From an uncultured Pseudomonadota bacterium (lineage in GTDB: Bacteria > Pseudomonadota > Alphaproteobacteria > Acetobacterales > Acetobacteraceae), in the NCBI GenBank assembly GCA_963778105.1, contig CAVZSZ010000004.1, forward strand, positions 18,893-82,892: a DNA stretch of 64,000 nucleotides, in the 5' to 3' direction. The translations under genes and the position numbers were made by a program. Below, piece after piece: positions 1-8,706 of the stretch (its first letter is position 1; each line of letters starts with the position of its first letter). Below the pieces are notes generated by a model. It searched no databases. It saw only the letters and a list, made by a program, of their open reading frames with translations, and was not told where the DNA came from.

Positions 1-1
1 A

Positions 2-400
2 ACGCAGGAAGACTACCTGTACGGCTTCCCCGAAACGGCGCCTGGCGCAGGTGTGAAGGTGGCGAGCGAGCAATACTCGGTCGCGTCGGATCCCGAAACG
101 GTGGACCGCGGCGTATCGACTGAGGAATCAGCGGCGATCTACGGCCGTCACGTGGAAGGCCGACTGCGCGGCGTGTCGGATCGGATCGTCGATGCGAAAG
201 CCTGCCTCTATACGGTGACGCCGGATGCCGGCTTCATCGTCGACCAGGCTCCCGGAATGGATCGGGTCTCCGTCGTTTCCGCCTGTTCGGGGCACGGCTT
301 CAAGCACTCGGCGGCGCTCGGCGAGGCAATCGCCGAGCAGATCGCCGATGGCGGAAGCCGCATCCCGCTTGATGCGTTCGCGTTGTCCCGCCTGGGTTAA
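2..400 (+). CDS. FAD-dependent oxidoreductase, sarcosine oxidase / N-methyltryptophan oxidase-like (C-terminal part, 5' end outside window)
   Basis: Frame is open from the window edge. YGFP...GVKVA and ACSGHGFKHSAALGE motifs are typical of MSOX/SolA-type flavoproteins. Confidence 0.7.
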   Translation, partial: TQEDYLYGFPETAPGAGVKVASEQYSVASDPETVDRGVSTEESAAIYGRHVEGRLRGVSDRIVDAKACLYTVTPDAGFIVDQAPGMDRVSVVSACSGHGFKHSAALGEAIAEQIADGGSRIPLDAFALSRLG

Positions 401-433
401 AGGGAGCTGCCCGGACGAGTCCGGCGGCCCAGC

Positions 434-1384
434 TCAGCAATGCGTCTTGTAGATGAACTTCTGTACTTCGGGGGTGTCGATGTTCTTCGGTGTGGCGATG
501 ACGAACGGGGTATGAACCTCGCGGTCGATCGGCTTGCCCTCCAGCGCATCCACCATCATCTCAACACCCAACTGACCGACGCGATACGGATACTGCACAA
601 TATCGGCCGAGACGATCCCGCTGCGGATGTCCTGCACGATGGGATCGGAGGTATCGAAGCCGACAATCTTGATCTTGCCGACGCCCTGCGCTTCCCGCAC
701 GCCGGTCGCCGCACCCTCCGTGTTGTTCGTCGTGATGGTGAACACGCCCGACAGATCGGGATGCGCCGCCACCGTCGAGGTGATGATCGCCGCCGCCTTC
801 GCCGTCTCGTTATTGCTGTACTGCACGCCGAGATAGGTGATACCGGGATGCTTGGCGATCTCCGCCTCGAACCCGTGCAGGCGCTGCTGCGACACCGCCG
901 CGGCCGGCGAGTTCATCATCGCCATAACCACGCCCTTGTCGCCGATCAACTGCGCCAGATACTTCGCGGCCTGCGTGCCGCCGTCGATGTTGTCGGACTG
1001 AATATTGGCGATGGCGACGCTCATATCCTTCAGATCGCCATCGATGGACAGGATCTTGATGCCGAGCGCCTTGGCCTGATGCAAGGTCGGCGTCATCGCC
1101 ACCGGGTCGTCGGCGGTGAACAGGATGCCGTCGGGATGGGAGGCGATCACCGCGTCGAGCACACGCATCTGCAACTGTGGCTGGTATTGCTGCGGTCCCT
1201 GGCTGTCGAATTGCACGCCCAGCCGTTTCGCGGCTTCCGCCCCCCCACAGGCGACGGAGGTGTAGAACGGATTGCCGGTCACGCCCTGGATGTAGGTGAT
1301 CTTCCACGGCTTGGTCGGCGCCGCCCCGGTCAGCAGGAGGGCCGCCAGCGAGATGGCGATGGCGGGGGCGAGTTTGCAGCGCAT
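434..1384 (-). CDS. sugar ABC transporter substrate-binding protein (ribose-binding-protein-like)
   Basis: 316 aa with an N-terminal signal peptide (MRCKLAPAIAISLAALLLTGA). Periplasmic-binding-protein type I sequence. Last gene of the ATPase-permease-SBP operon. Confidence 0.85.
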   Translation of the reverse strand: MRCKLAPAIAISLAALLLTGAAPTKPWKITYIQGVTGNPFYTSVACGGAEAAKRLGVQFDSQGPQQYQPQLQMRVLDAVIASHPDGILFTADDPVAMTPTLHQAKALGIKILSIDGDLKDMSVAIANIQSDNIDGGTQAAKYLAQLIGDKGVVMAMMNSPAAAVSQQRLHGFEAEIAKHPGITYLGVQYSNNETAKAAAIITSTVAAHPDLSGVFTITTNNTEGAATGVREAQGVGKIKIVGFDTSDPIVQDIRSGIVSADIVQYPYRVGQLGVEMMVDALEGKPIDREVHTPFVIATPKNIDTPEVQKFIYKTHC

Positions 1385-1410
1385 GGCAACGTTCCTTTGT
1401 GGTGTTATGG

Positions 1411-2439
1411 TTAGCTGCGTTCGCGGCTCTGGCGCTTGAGCTGATCGACATAGACGGCGGCGATGACCACGAAGCCGATCACCACCATCTGCCAGAATGG
1501 CTGCACGCCCAGGATGATGAAGCCGTTGGCCAGCACCGCTGGGATGAACACGCCCACGACGGTGCCGATTACCGTGCCGCGGCCGCCGGCCAGGCTGGTG
1601 CCGCCCAGCACCACCGCGGTAATCGCCTCCAGCGGGTCGGTGCTGTGGCCCTCAAGCGTGGTGGTCGAAAAGCGCGCCAGCGACAGCATCGCCGCGAATC
1701 CCGCCAGCAGGCCGGACAGGGCATACAGGAAAAGCAGGTGACGACCGACGTCGATGCCGGCCCGGCGCGAGGCTTCCGGATTGGAGCCGACCAGGTAGGT
1801 GTGCCGGCCGAACCGTGTCATGTGCAACCACACCGCGCCGATCACCGAAACGACGGTGGTAATGATGATCAGCCAGGGCACGCCGAAAAGGACGCCCGTG
1901 CCGATCACGGTCAGCGTGTCCGGCACCGTGCGCACGTCGTTGCCGTCGGTCACCAGATAGGCGATGCCGAGCGCTGCGCCCATCGTGCCCAGCGTGGTGA
2001 TCAGCGCAGAGACCCGCAGGCGCGCGATGCAGAAGCCGTTGAACAGTCCCCACGCCAGGCCGGCCAGCAGCGCGATCGCGAGGCCGACCAGCACCGTGAA
2101 CACATTATCGGTGCCCATCGCCTCCATCGTCTTGGCTGCGGCGACGCCGGCGAATACCAGCACCGATCCGATCGACAGGTCGAAGCCGCCCGCGATCATC
2201 ACGTAGGTCATACCCACCGACAGAATCAGCAACGTCGAGGCATCCAGAAAGATGTTGCGCACATTGAACGCGCTGGCGAAGGTGGCGGGCCGCAGCACCG
2301 AGAAGAACACCACCAGCAGCAGCAGGATCAGGCCCATATACGCGGGCGAGGACGACAGCGCCGCGCGCAGCTTGCGGCTAGCGCCCGCCTCCGGCGGCGT
2401 CAGGTCCGGCTCGGCCGCGGTCGCCGCGCTGGTGATCAT
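1411..2439 (-). CDS. sugar ABC transporter permease (RbsC/branched-type)
   Basis: 342 aa, multi-TM and Gly/Ala/Leu-rich. Overlaps the ATPase stop by 4 nt. Confidence 0.85.
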   Translation of the reverse strand: MITSAATAAEPDLTPPEAGASRKLRAALSSSPAYMGLILLLLVVFFSVLRPATFASAFNVRNIFLDASTLLILSVGMTYVMIAGGFDLSIGSVLVFAGVAAAKTMEAMGTDNVFTVLVGLAIALLAGLAWGLFNGFCIARLRVSALITTLGTMGAALGIAYLVTDGNDVRTVPDTLTVIGTGVLFGVPWLIIITTVVSVIGAVWLHMTRFGRHTYLVGSNPEASRRAGIDVGRHLLFLYALSGLLAGFAAMLSLARFSTTTLEGHSTDPLEAITAVVLGGTSLAGGRGTVIGTVVGVFIPAVLANGFIILGVQPFWQMVVIGFVVIAAVYVDQLKRQSRERS

Positions 2440-3248
2440 GCTGCGGCTCCCGGTTCGGCGGCATCGTCGAGCGCGCCGGTCATGGCACCGACCAGATCCT
2501 GCACGCTGATGCTGTCGTTGCGCAGCCGCGCGATGCGCCTACCCAGCCTCAGCACCTCGATCGTGTCAGCCACTTCCAGCACGTCGCGCATGTTGTGGCT
2601 GATCAGCACGATCGCGACACCGGTATCGCGGATGCGGCGGATCAGTTCCAGCGTGCGTCCGGTCTGCACCACGCCCAGCGCCGCCGTCGGCTCGTCCATG
2701 AACACCACACGCTTGGCCCACATGATGGATCGGCAGATCGCCACGCTTTGCCGCTGGCCGCCGGACAGGCTGGCGATCGGCGTGTCCATATCCTTGAGGT
2801 TCACCTTCAGGCGCCGGAATGCCGCCGCGCTCTCGCGCCGCATCGTCGGGTTGTCGAGAAAACCGAGCCGGCCCAACCATCCCGGCCGCACCGCTTCGCG
2901 CCCCATGAACATATTGGCGGCCGGGCTCAGGTCGGGGGCCACGGACAGGTCCTGATACACGGTCTCGATGCCCTTGGCGTGCGCGTCCGAGGGCGAAGCG
3001 AACGTCACCGGCGTGCCATCCAACACGATGGTGCCGGAGGTGGGCCGGAACACGCCTGACAGGATTTTCACCAGCGTACTCTTGCCCGCGCCGTTATCGC
3101 CGATCAGGGCCGTCACCTCCCCGGCATGCGCCGCAAAGTCGACGCCGCGCAATGCATCCACGTGGCCGAACCGCTTGACGATGCTGCGCGCCTCCAGGAT
3201 CGCCGGGGAGGAGCCGAGGGCCGGTGAACAATCCGCATCCTGGGGCAT
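2436..3248 (-). CDS. ABC transporter ATP-binding protein (single cassette)
   Basis: Walker A GDNGAGKST, signature LSGGQRQ, Walker B VVFMDEPT. Start chosen at MPQDA (3248), which has GAGGGA about 7 nt upstream. The longer ORF start at 3272 lies inside the operator palindrome. Confidence 0.85.
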   Translation of the reverse strand: MPQDADCSPALGSSPAILEARSIVKRFGHVDALRGVDFAAHAGEVTALIGDNGAGKSTLVKILSGVFRPTSGTIVLDGTPVTFASPSDAHAKGIETVYQDLSVAPDLSPAANMFMGREAVRPGWLGRLGFLDNPTMRRESAAAFRRLKVNLKDMDTPIASLSGGQRQSVAICRSIMWAKRVVFMDEPTAALGVVQTGRTLELIRRIRDTGVAIVLISHNMRDVLEVADTIEVLRLGRRIARLRNDSISVQDLVGAMTGALDDAAEPGAAA

Positions 3249-3267
3249 CGCAGTTCCCTCAGAAGTG

Positions 3268-3281
3268 TGCATTCGAATGCA
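3268..3281. promoter_or_regulatory. candidate LacI-family operator TGCATTCGAATGCA (site 1)
   Basis: Perfect 14-bp CG-centred palindrome, 20 nt upstream of the ABC operon start. Same sequence recurs at 5547 and 7663. Confidence 0.55.
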
Positions 3282-3335
3282 TAACCGTGTCCCTCTCAGC
3301 GTGCAAGCATCTCGACAGGGTCGACGCGAGATCGC

Positions 3336-4364
3336 CTACTCCAACACCTGAAGCCGGGCGGAGCGCCGCGGCACAAATACGGCGGGCACCAGGACGTTGA
3401 CAGGGGCGCCATCCGGCTCGGCGAGCCGAAGCAGCAGCAGGCGCACGGCCTGACGGGCCATCTCGTCCGAGTCCTGATGCATCGTCGTCAGTTCGTAGCT
3501 GGGCCGACCGGCCTCGGCGACATCGTCGAAGCCGACGATGGAGATGTCGTCGGGGACCGACCAGCCCAGATCGAATCGGCAAGCGTCCATCACACCGAGC
3601 GCGATCTGGTCGTTGGCACAGAACACCGCATCCGGGCGTGGCCGATGCGCGGCGTGGTCGCAAAACACCGCGCGCCCGGCCTCGTAGGTGTAGTCGGTTT
3701 CCAGCAGCGGCGTGGTCCCGAGGCCCAGCGTGTTGAGACGCGCGATGAAGCCCTGGGTCCGCTGGCGGCTCACAGGCGCCGCTGCCGGGCCGCCGACACA
3801 GACGAAGCGCCGGTGGCCCGCCGCATGCAGCGCGCCCGCGACGTCGGCGGCGGCCAGAAAATGGTTCGCCGTGACACTATCGACCGCAAAGCGTTCGGGA
3901 TCGCGGTTGTAGAACACAAGCGGGATGCGACGGCGAAGCATCTCCTTCATGTCGTCATCGGCGATCAGCACGCAGGAAATCAGGCCGTCGAGCGGATATT
4001 CCAGCGCGCCGCGCAGCGCACCGGGGGGCGGCCAGTCGCTGTCGACGACGATCAGCAGCAGCTGCTTGCCGGCGGCGGCGAGCGAGGCGCCGATCGCATA
4101 GATCACGTCGGGGTTGCCGCGCTGCGTGTAGCGCGTGACCACCACGCCCACCATGTTGGATTGCTGCGTGATCAGACTGCGGGCAAGGGCGTTCGGGATG
4201 TAGCCCAGGCGATGCGCCGTCTCCATCACCCGGTTGCGCGTCGCCGGGGAGATGTTGCTGTCGTCCTGAAAGCAGCGCGAGACGGTGGATTGCGAAACCC
4301 CCGCCGCGCGCGCGACGTCGTAGGACGTGGCGCGGCGCAGCGGTGCCTGGGCGGCCGCCGTCAT
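3336..4364 (-). CDS. LacI family transcriptional regulator
   Basis: N-terminal HTH ATSYDVARAAGVSQSTVSRCF...NRVMETAHRLGYIPNALARSL followed by a PBP-type sugar-binding core. The ATG at 4364 lies 3 nt past the stop of the upstream bicupin. The 593-aa ORF extension is a GC-rich artefact. Confidence 0.9.
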   Translation of the reverse strand: MTAAAQAPLRRATSYDVARAAGVSQSTVSRCFQDDSNISPATRNRVMETAHRLGYIPNALARSLITQQSNMVGVVVTRYTQRGNPDVIYAIGASLAAAGKQLLLIVVDSDWPPPGALRGALEYPLDGLISCVLIADDDMKEMLRRRIPLVFYNRDPERFAVDSVTANHFLAAADVAGALHAAGHRRFVCVGGPAAAPVSRQRTQGFIARLNTLGLGTTPLLETDYTYEAGRAVFCDHAAHRPRPDAVFCANDQIALGVMDACRFDLGWSVPDDISIVGFDDVAEAGRPSYELTTMHQDSDEMARQAVRLLLLRLAEPDGAPVNVLVPAVFVPRRSARLQVLE

Positions 4365-4366
4365 CG

Positions 4367-5548
4367 TCAGGCCGCGCGGGGTTGAGCCGATTGGGGCTGG
4401 GTCGCGGGCGGCAGCAGCCGCAGCGGCGCGATATAACCGGCATGATCCAGCCCAAAATCGGCCGCCGCCGCCCGGGCGCGGATATCCGCCGTCCACTCGG
4501 GATGCTTCTGATGGTCGCCGGCGGTCAGCACCGCGATCTCGGCCGCCACGTCGCCCACCGAAACGAGGGTGCGCCACGCCCCGGCCGGCACCGAGAACAC
4601 CTCCCGCGCATCGGCACGCACCGCGGCACCGCCATCCAGCGTGATGTCCAGCGCCCCTGCGAAGATCAGCAGCACCTGCTTCTCCGCGAGCCGGAACGCG
4701 CCCACGCGATTGGCCGGCGGGATGCGCAGCCATTCCATCGAAAACCCGTGCGGGTTGGTGATCTTCGGCGCGCTCTCCAAGTCCTGGGTCATGCCATGGC
4801 CGATCGCCGGCGCCATCTCGCTCGCATGGCCCGCCAGCACGCTGTCCAGCAGCGCGCGGGACGACCAGGCGCGCTCGTCGCGCGTCACCACGCGGCGCCG
4901 CATCGCCTCGGTGTCGAAGCGGCGCAGGCCATGCACAGTGGCCTCGTCCAGCGGCTCGATCAGGTCTGCCGGCGCCGGCTTCGGACTGCCGGCCTCGGTG
5001 TCCACCAGCATGTTGTCGCGGGTGAGGTACAGCCCGTGCTCGGCAGCTTTCTTCAGGATCGAGGGATGCCAGATGATGCCGCCGGTGTCGTCCCCGCCCA
5101 AGGCGGTGAAGATCCACCCATCATCATTCCCCACATTGGAAAACCCCCTGAAGATCCAGGTGGGAATGCTCACCACGTCGCCGGCCTTGCCGATGATCTC
5201 GCCGTCCATTCCCTCGGCGCCCCAGCGGAACAGCCAGGTGCCGCTGAACACCATGAACACCTCGGCCGTGTAGTGGATGTGCAGGTTGTTGGTGGTGCCG
5301 GCGGGCATGGCGGCGACGCCCAGGCTAAACCCATGAGGCTCGGTGATATTCACCACCTGGTCCGCTGACTGCGTCACGCCCGGCCCGATCAGCGAATAAT
5401 TCTCCTTTGCCGTCGAGCCCGGCATCTTGCAGTCGATGAAGGCGACCTTGCAGGCCACCATGTCGCTACGCCGGATCAGCCGGTCCCTGGCTTCCATCTC
5501 GATATCCTCATAATGCCGCTTGAGCCGAACCTCCGAAGCCATTAGCAT
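4367..5548 (-). CDS. bicupin (two cupin-fold halves) protein of unknown function
   Basis: 393 aa. First half has HIHYTAEVFMVFSG...GDVVSIP and the second half has a similar beta-barrel pattern (EKQVLLIFAG...VFSVPAG). Alternative start at 5542. Confidence 0.65.
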   Translation of the reverse strand: MLMASEVRLKRHYEDIEMEARDRLIRRSDMVACKVAFIDCKMPGSTAKENYSLIGPGVTQSADQVVNITEPHGFSLGVAAMPAGTTNNLHIHYTAEVFMVFSGTWLFRWGAEGMDGEIIGKAGDVVSIPTWIFRGFSNVGNDDGWIFTALGGDDTGGIIWHPSILKKAAEHGLYLTRDNMLVDTEAGSPKPAPADLIEPLDEATVHGLRRFDTEAMRRRVVTRDERAWSSRALLDSVLAGHASEMAPAIGHGMTQDLESAPKITNPHGFSMEWLRIPPANRVGAFRLAEKQVLLIFAGALDITLDGGAAVRADAREVFSVPAGAWRTLVSVGDVAAEIAVLTAGDHQKHPEWTADIRARAAAADFGLDHAGYIAPLRLLPPATQPQSAQPRAA

Positions 5549-5562
5549 GCATTCGAATGCAT
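5547..5562. promoter_or_regulatory. candidate LacI-family operator ATGCATTCGAATGCAT (site 2)
   Basis: Perfect 16-bp palindrome in the divergent region between the bicupin-lacI operon and the first SnoaL-like gene. Confidence 0.6.
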
Positions 5563-6612
5563 CGCCAGCCCAATGGGACGCCGCCGCCGATGGACCCCCT
5601 GCTGCCCTCCGCCTTCGCGCCCTACCGCGACCCGCGCGACTACATCCTGAGCTGGACGGACACCATCTGGATCGACCGCGCCATCGGCCGGCTGGCTGAT
5701 CATTACGGGCCGGACGTCCTGGTCCACACCGCCTACGGCGAGACCTATGATTTCGATGCCGTGATCGCCAATTCCGTGCAGAAGTTCTCGGCCTTCCCCG
5801 ATGGCGGCGGCGGCCATGGCGAGGACGTGGTCTGGGAGCAGCGCGGCGAGAACGGCTTCATCAGCTCGCATCGCGTGCTGAAAACCGGAACGCACACCGG
5901 ATACTGGACCTATGGGCCGCCGACCGGCCGCAATTTCGTCTCCCGCACCTTCGCGCACTGCCTGGTGCAGGACAACCGCATCGTCGAGGAATGGCTGGTG
6001 CGCGATGAATTCGCGGTGCTCGAGGCGCTGGGTCTCGACCCCTATGCGGTTGCGGCGGACCTTGCGAAACGCAGCCCAGTCACCGGCGCGTCGACGGGGA
6101 CCGCACCCGAGATCGGCGCCTTCGCCGGGCACGTCGCCGATCCCTATGAAGCCGGCATATCGGGCGCCCGCCCGCCGCGCCATCGCGCCGAATGCGAACT
6201 GGTCATGGGGCTGTTCGAGGATGTCTGGAACCGCCGCCGCTTCGACCTCGTCGGCCGCTATGTCAGCGAGCGGATCGTCTGCCATAGCGTACGAATGAAG
6301 CGCGTGCAGAACATCACGCCCTACCAGATGGAGATCATCAACCTGCTCGCCACCTTTCCTGACGCCACGGTCGAGGTGCGCGACATCGCGGTGAACGAGT
6401 CGATGGAGCTTGGCACCCGCATCGCCGCGATGTGGGTGCTGCGCGGCACTTATAGCGGCGTCCCGACCTACGGGCCGGTGACGGGCACGAGAGTGCATGT
6501 CCTGGGCTGCACGCAGTTCGAACTGCACGAGGGCAAGGTGCTACGCGAGTGGCGCGTGTTCGACGAGATCGCCGTGCTCGCGCAGATCATGGCCGCCCGC
6601 GCTTCGGCCTGA
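5557..6612 (+). CDS. tandem SnoaL-like (NTF2-fold, ester-cyclase-like) protein, paralog 1
   Basis: Two halves each carry the H.G...YGPPTG(R/K)...G..V.EW...D..A.L pattern of SnoaL-type cyclases. By alignment to paralog 2, a start at 5590 (MDPLL) is equally possible. Confidence 0.7.
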   Translation: MHRQPNGTPPPMDPLLPSAFAPYRDPRDYILSWTDTIWIDRAIGRLADHYGPDVLVHTAYGETYDFDAVIANSVQKFSAFPDGGGGHGEDVVWEQRGENGFISSHRVLKTGTHTGYWTYGPPTGRNFVSRTFAHCLVQDNRIVEEWLVRDEFAVLEALGLDPYAVAADLAKRSPVTGASTGTAPEIGAFAGHVADPYEAGISGARPPRHRAECELVMGLFEDVWNRRRFDLVGRYVSERIVCHSVRMKRVQNITPYQMEIINLLATFPDATVEVRDIAVNESMELGTRIAAMWVLRGTYSGVPTYGPVTGTRVHVLGCTQFELHEGKVLREWRVFDEIAVLAQIMAARASA

Positions 6613-6620
6613 CGCATATT

Positions 6621-7643
6621 TCAGCCTGATGCGTGCTTCAGGATTTGCGCCATCACGGCGATCTCGTCGTAGATGCGCCATTCGCGGATGATCTTGCCGC
6701 GACGGATTTCAAAGGACGAGCCGCCCAGGATGCGGACCGGCGCGCGGTTCACCTTCCCATACATCGGCGATCCGCCATAGGTGCCGCGTAGCAGCCAGAT
6801 CACGCCGATGCGCAGGCCAAGATCGGCCGAACGGTTCACAGCGAAGTCGCGGATTTCCACCTGCGCGTCGGGAAACGCCGACAGCAGCGTCATCAGCTCC
6901 AGCTGGTAGGGAGCCAACTGCATCACGCGGCGCATGCGCACCGTCTGGCAGGCGATGGTGTCGGCGCAGTATTCGGCGGCCCGGTCGAACAGGCGCTGGT
7001 TCCAAACCTCCTCGAACATGCGGGCGATCCAGCGGCATTCCTCGATGTGACTGGCCGGGCGGGTGCCGCTGATGCCCCGGACCAGTGGGTCCTCGATGCG
7101 GGCGGCCAGCGGGCCGGTCTCCATATCGGTCTGCATCGCGACACCCAGCACCGGCGAACGATCGGCAAGCTCGGCAGCGATGCGGTGCGGGTCGATGCCC
7201 AGATGCTCGAGCACGGCATATTCGTCGCGGATCACCCATTCCTCAACGACCTTGTTGTCCTGCACCAGGCAATGCGCCACGCCGCGATTGGCCCACTCCT
7301 TGCCGGTCGGCGGCCCGTATGTCCAATGGCCGAGATGCGTGGCATTGTTGAAAACGCGGTGGAAGCTGACGAACCCGTCGGGTCCGCGCGGTTCCCAGAT
7401 CACGTCGTCATGGCCGCCGCCACGGTTAGGGAAGGCCACCATCTTCTGCAGCGAATTGCGGATCACGTCGTCCAGGTAATAGGTCTCGCCATACGCCGTG
7501 TGGACCTTCACATCCGGTGCGTAATGCGCGTGAATCTGCCCTAGGCCGCGGGCAATCCAGATGCGGTCCGTCCAGCTCATGATGTAGTCGCGCGGATCGT
7601 CGTAGGGCGCGTAGGCGGATGGGTTGAGGCCGTCGATCTGCAT
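6621..7643 (-). CDS. tandem SnoaL-like protein, paralog 2
   Basis: Collinear with paralog 1 (SAYAPYDDPRDYIMSWTDRIWI...). Start at MQIDG (7643), with GGAG 8 nt upstream. The ORF start at 7667 falls in the operator. Confidence 0.7.
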   Translation of the reverse strand: MQIDGLNPSAYAPYDDPRDYIMSWTDRIWIARGLGQIHAHYAPDVKVHTAYGETYYLDDVIRNSLQKMVAFPNRGGGHDDVIWEPRGPDGFVSFHRVFNNATHLGHWTYGPPTGKEWANRGVAHCLVQDNKVVEEWVIRDEYAVLEHLGIDPHRIAAELADRSPVLGVAMQTDMETGPLAARIEDPLVRGISGTRPASHIEECRWIARMFEEVWNQRLFDRAAEYCADTIACQTVRMRRVMQLAPYQLELMTLLSAFPDAQVEIRDFAVNRSADLGLRIGVIWLLRGTYGGSPMYGKVNRAPVRILGGSSFEIRRGKIIREWRIYDEIAVMAQILKHASG

Positions 7644-7662
7644 TTCCGGCTCCGATGGATTG

Positions 7663-7676
7663 CGCATTCGAATGCA
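7663..7676. promoter_or_regulatory. candidate LacI-family operator (site 3, CGCATTCGAATGCA)
   Basis: The 12-bp core GCATTCGAATGC is a perfect palindrome, with one mismatch at the outer position. Lies between divergent paralogs 2 and 3. Confidence 0.5.
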
Positions 7677-7713
7677 TAGCCTATCATGGCCGTGTCGCCA
7701 AGGAGCAGCCGTG

Positions 7714-8697
7714 ATGCAGCCGAGTGTCGGGAATTACGCGGACGTCCCCGATTTCATCTACGGGATCACGCGGGAGATCTGGGAAGACCGCGGCATCGGC
7801 GGCAAGCTCGACCGCTACTATGCGCCCGACATCCTGCTGCGCGCCGCCACCGGCCTCACGACCGACAATGCCGGCGTCACGGCACAAACCCTGCAGACGC
7901 TGCACCAGTTCCCCGATCGCCAACTGGTGGGCGAGGACGTCATCTGGGCCGATGGCGGGGACGGGTCCTTCCTGTCGTCGCACCGCCTGATCTCGGTGAT
8001 GCGTCATCAGGGCGACGGCAGCTACGGCCGTGCGACCGGCCGCCTGGTCAAGACGCGCATCATCGCCGATTGCTGGGTGGTCGATACCGTGGTGACCGAG
8101 GAATGGCTGGCCCGCGACCAGGCCGCCTTCGCGCGCTGTCTGGGGCTGGAGCCGCGCCAACTCGCGCAGCAGATGGTGGACGACGATCTGCGCCGGGGCG
8201 CGCCGATCGGCTTTTTCCTGCCCGAGCACGACCGCCCCGGCCGCTATATTCCCGTCATCCAGGCTGCGCCCGAGATCGCGTCATATTTCACCGGCTACCG
8301 GCGGCTCTGGCAGGAGAAGGAGACGGCGGCCGTCCGCGATCTGTATTTCCATGGCGCCAACCTGTTCGGTCCGGGCGGCGAGACGTTCTGCGGCCACCTG
8401 GACATCGACCGCTTTTACCTTGGTTATCTTGCGTCCTTTCCCGATGCGGCATTCAGTATCGCGAGCGCCACCATCAACCGCGACCACGGGAAGCCAATCC
8501 GTATTGCCTTGCGATGGGCGCTGCGCGGAAGCCACTGCGGCTTCGGCCATTTCGGACCCCCCACCGGGGCGCCGGTCTATGTCATGGGGTTCAGCCACGC
8601 GCACATCATCGACGGACGGATCGCATTCGAATGGATCATCGTAGACGAGGTTTCCATCTGGAAGCAGATCATCGCTCACGAGATGGCGGCTGCCTGA
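7714..8697 (+). CDS. tandem SnoaL-like protein, paralog 3 (more divergent)
   Basis: Start at MQPSVGNY, with AGGAG 8 nt upstream. Contains GDGSYGRATGRLV...EEWLARD and GHFGPPTGAPV...FEWIIVDE motifs. Confidence 0.7.
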   Translation: MQPSVGNYADVPDFIYGITREIWEDRGIGGKLDRYYAPDILLRAATGLTTDNAGVTAQTLQTLHQFPDRQLVGEDVIWADGGDGSFLSSHRLISVMRHQGDGSYGRATGRLVKTRIIADCWVVDTVVTEEWLARDQAAFARCLGLEPRQLAQQMVDDDLRRGAPIGFFLPEHDRPGRYIPVIQAAPEIASYFTGYRRLWQEKETAAVRDLYFHGANLFGPGGETFCGHLDIDRFYLGYLASFPDAAFSIASATINRDHGKPIRIALRWALRGSHCGFGHFGPPTGAPVYVMGFSHAHIIDGRIAFEWIIVDEVSIWKQIIAHEMAAA

Positions 8698-8706
8698 TAA
8701 TTGTCG

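Noticed and set aside
411-424. Short hairpin CCGGA-CGAG-TCCGG between the convergent flavoprotein and SBP genes as a possible bidirectional terminator
   Set aside because: It has only a 5-bp stem and no U-tract. I could not support any intrinsic terminator call in this window.
440-2955. Long plus-strand ORFs (440-1414, 1399-2955) opposite the ABC transporter genes
   Set aside because: Their translations are Arg/Gly/His/Asp-rich and low in complexity, and they lie antisense to clearly recognisable genes. These are typical shadow ORFs of high-GC DNA. The same reasoning applies to 24150-25574, 33076-34209, 41950-42876, 43441-44325, 44370-45935, 50461-52323, 52413-53315, 55948-56997, 58620-59900 and 59814-60836.
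4365-5117. N-terminal 250-codon extension of the LacI ORF (3336-5117)
   Set aside because: The extension is Gly/Arg/Ala-rich nonsense and overlaps the bicupin gene in another frame. The regulator starts at the HTH-proximal ATG at 4364.
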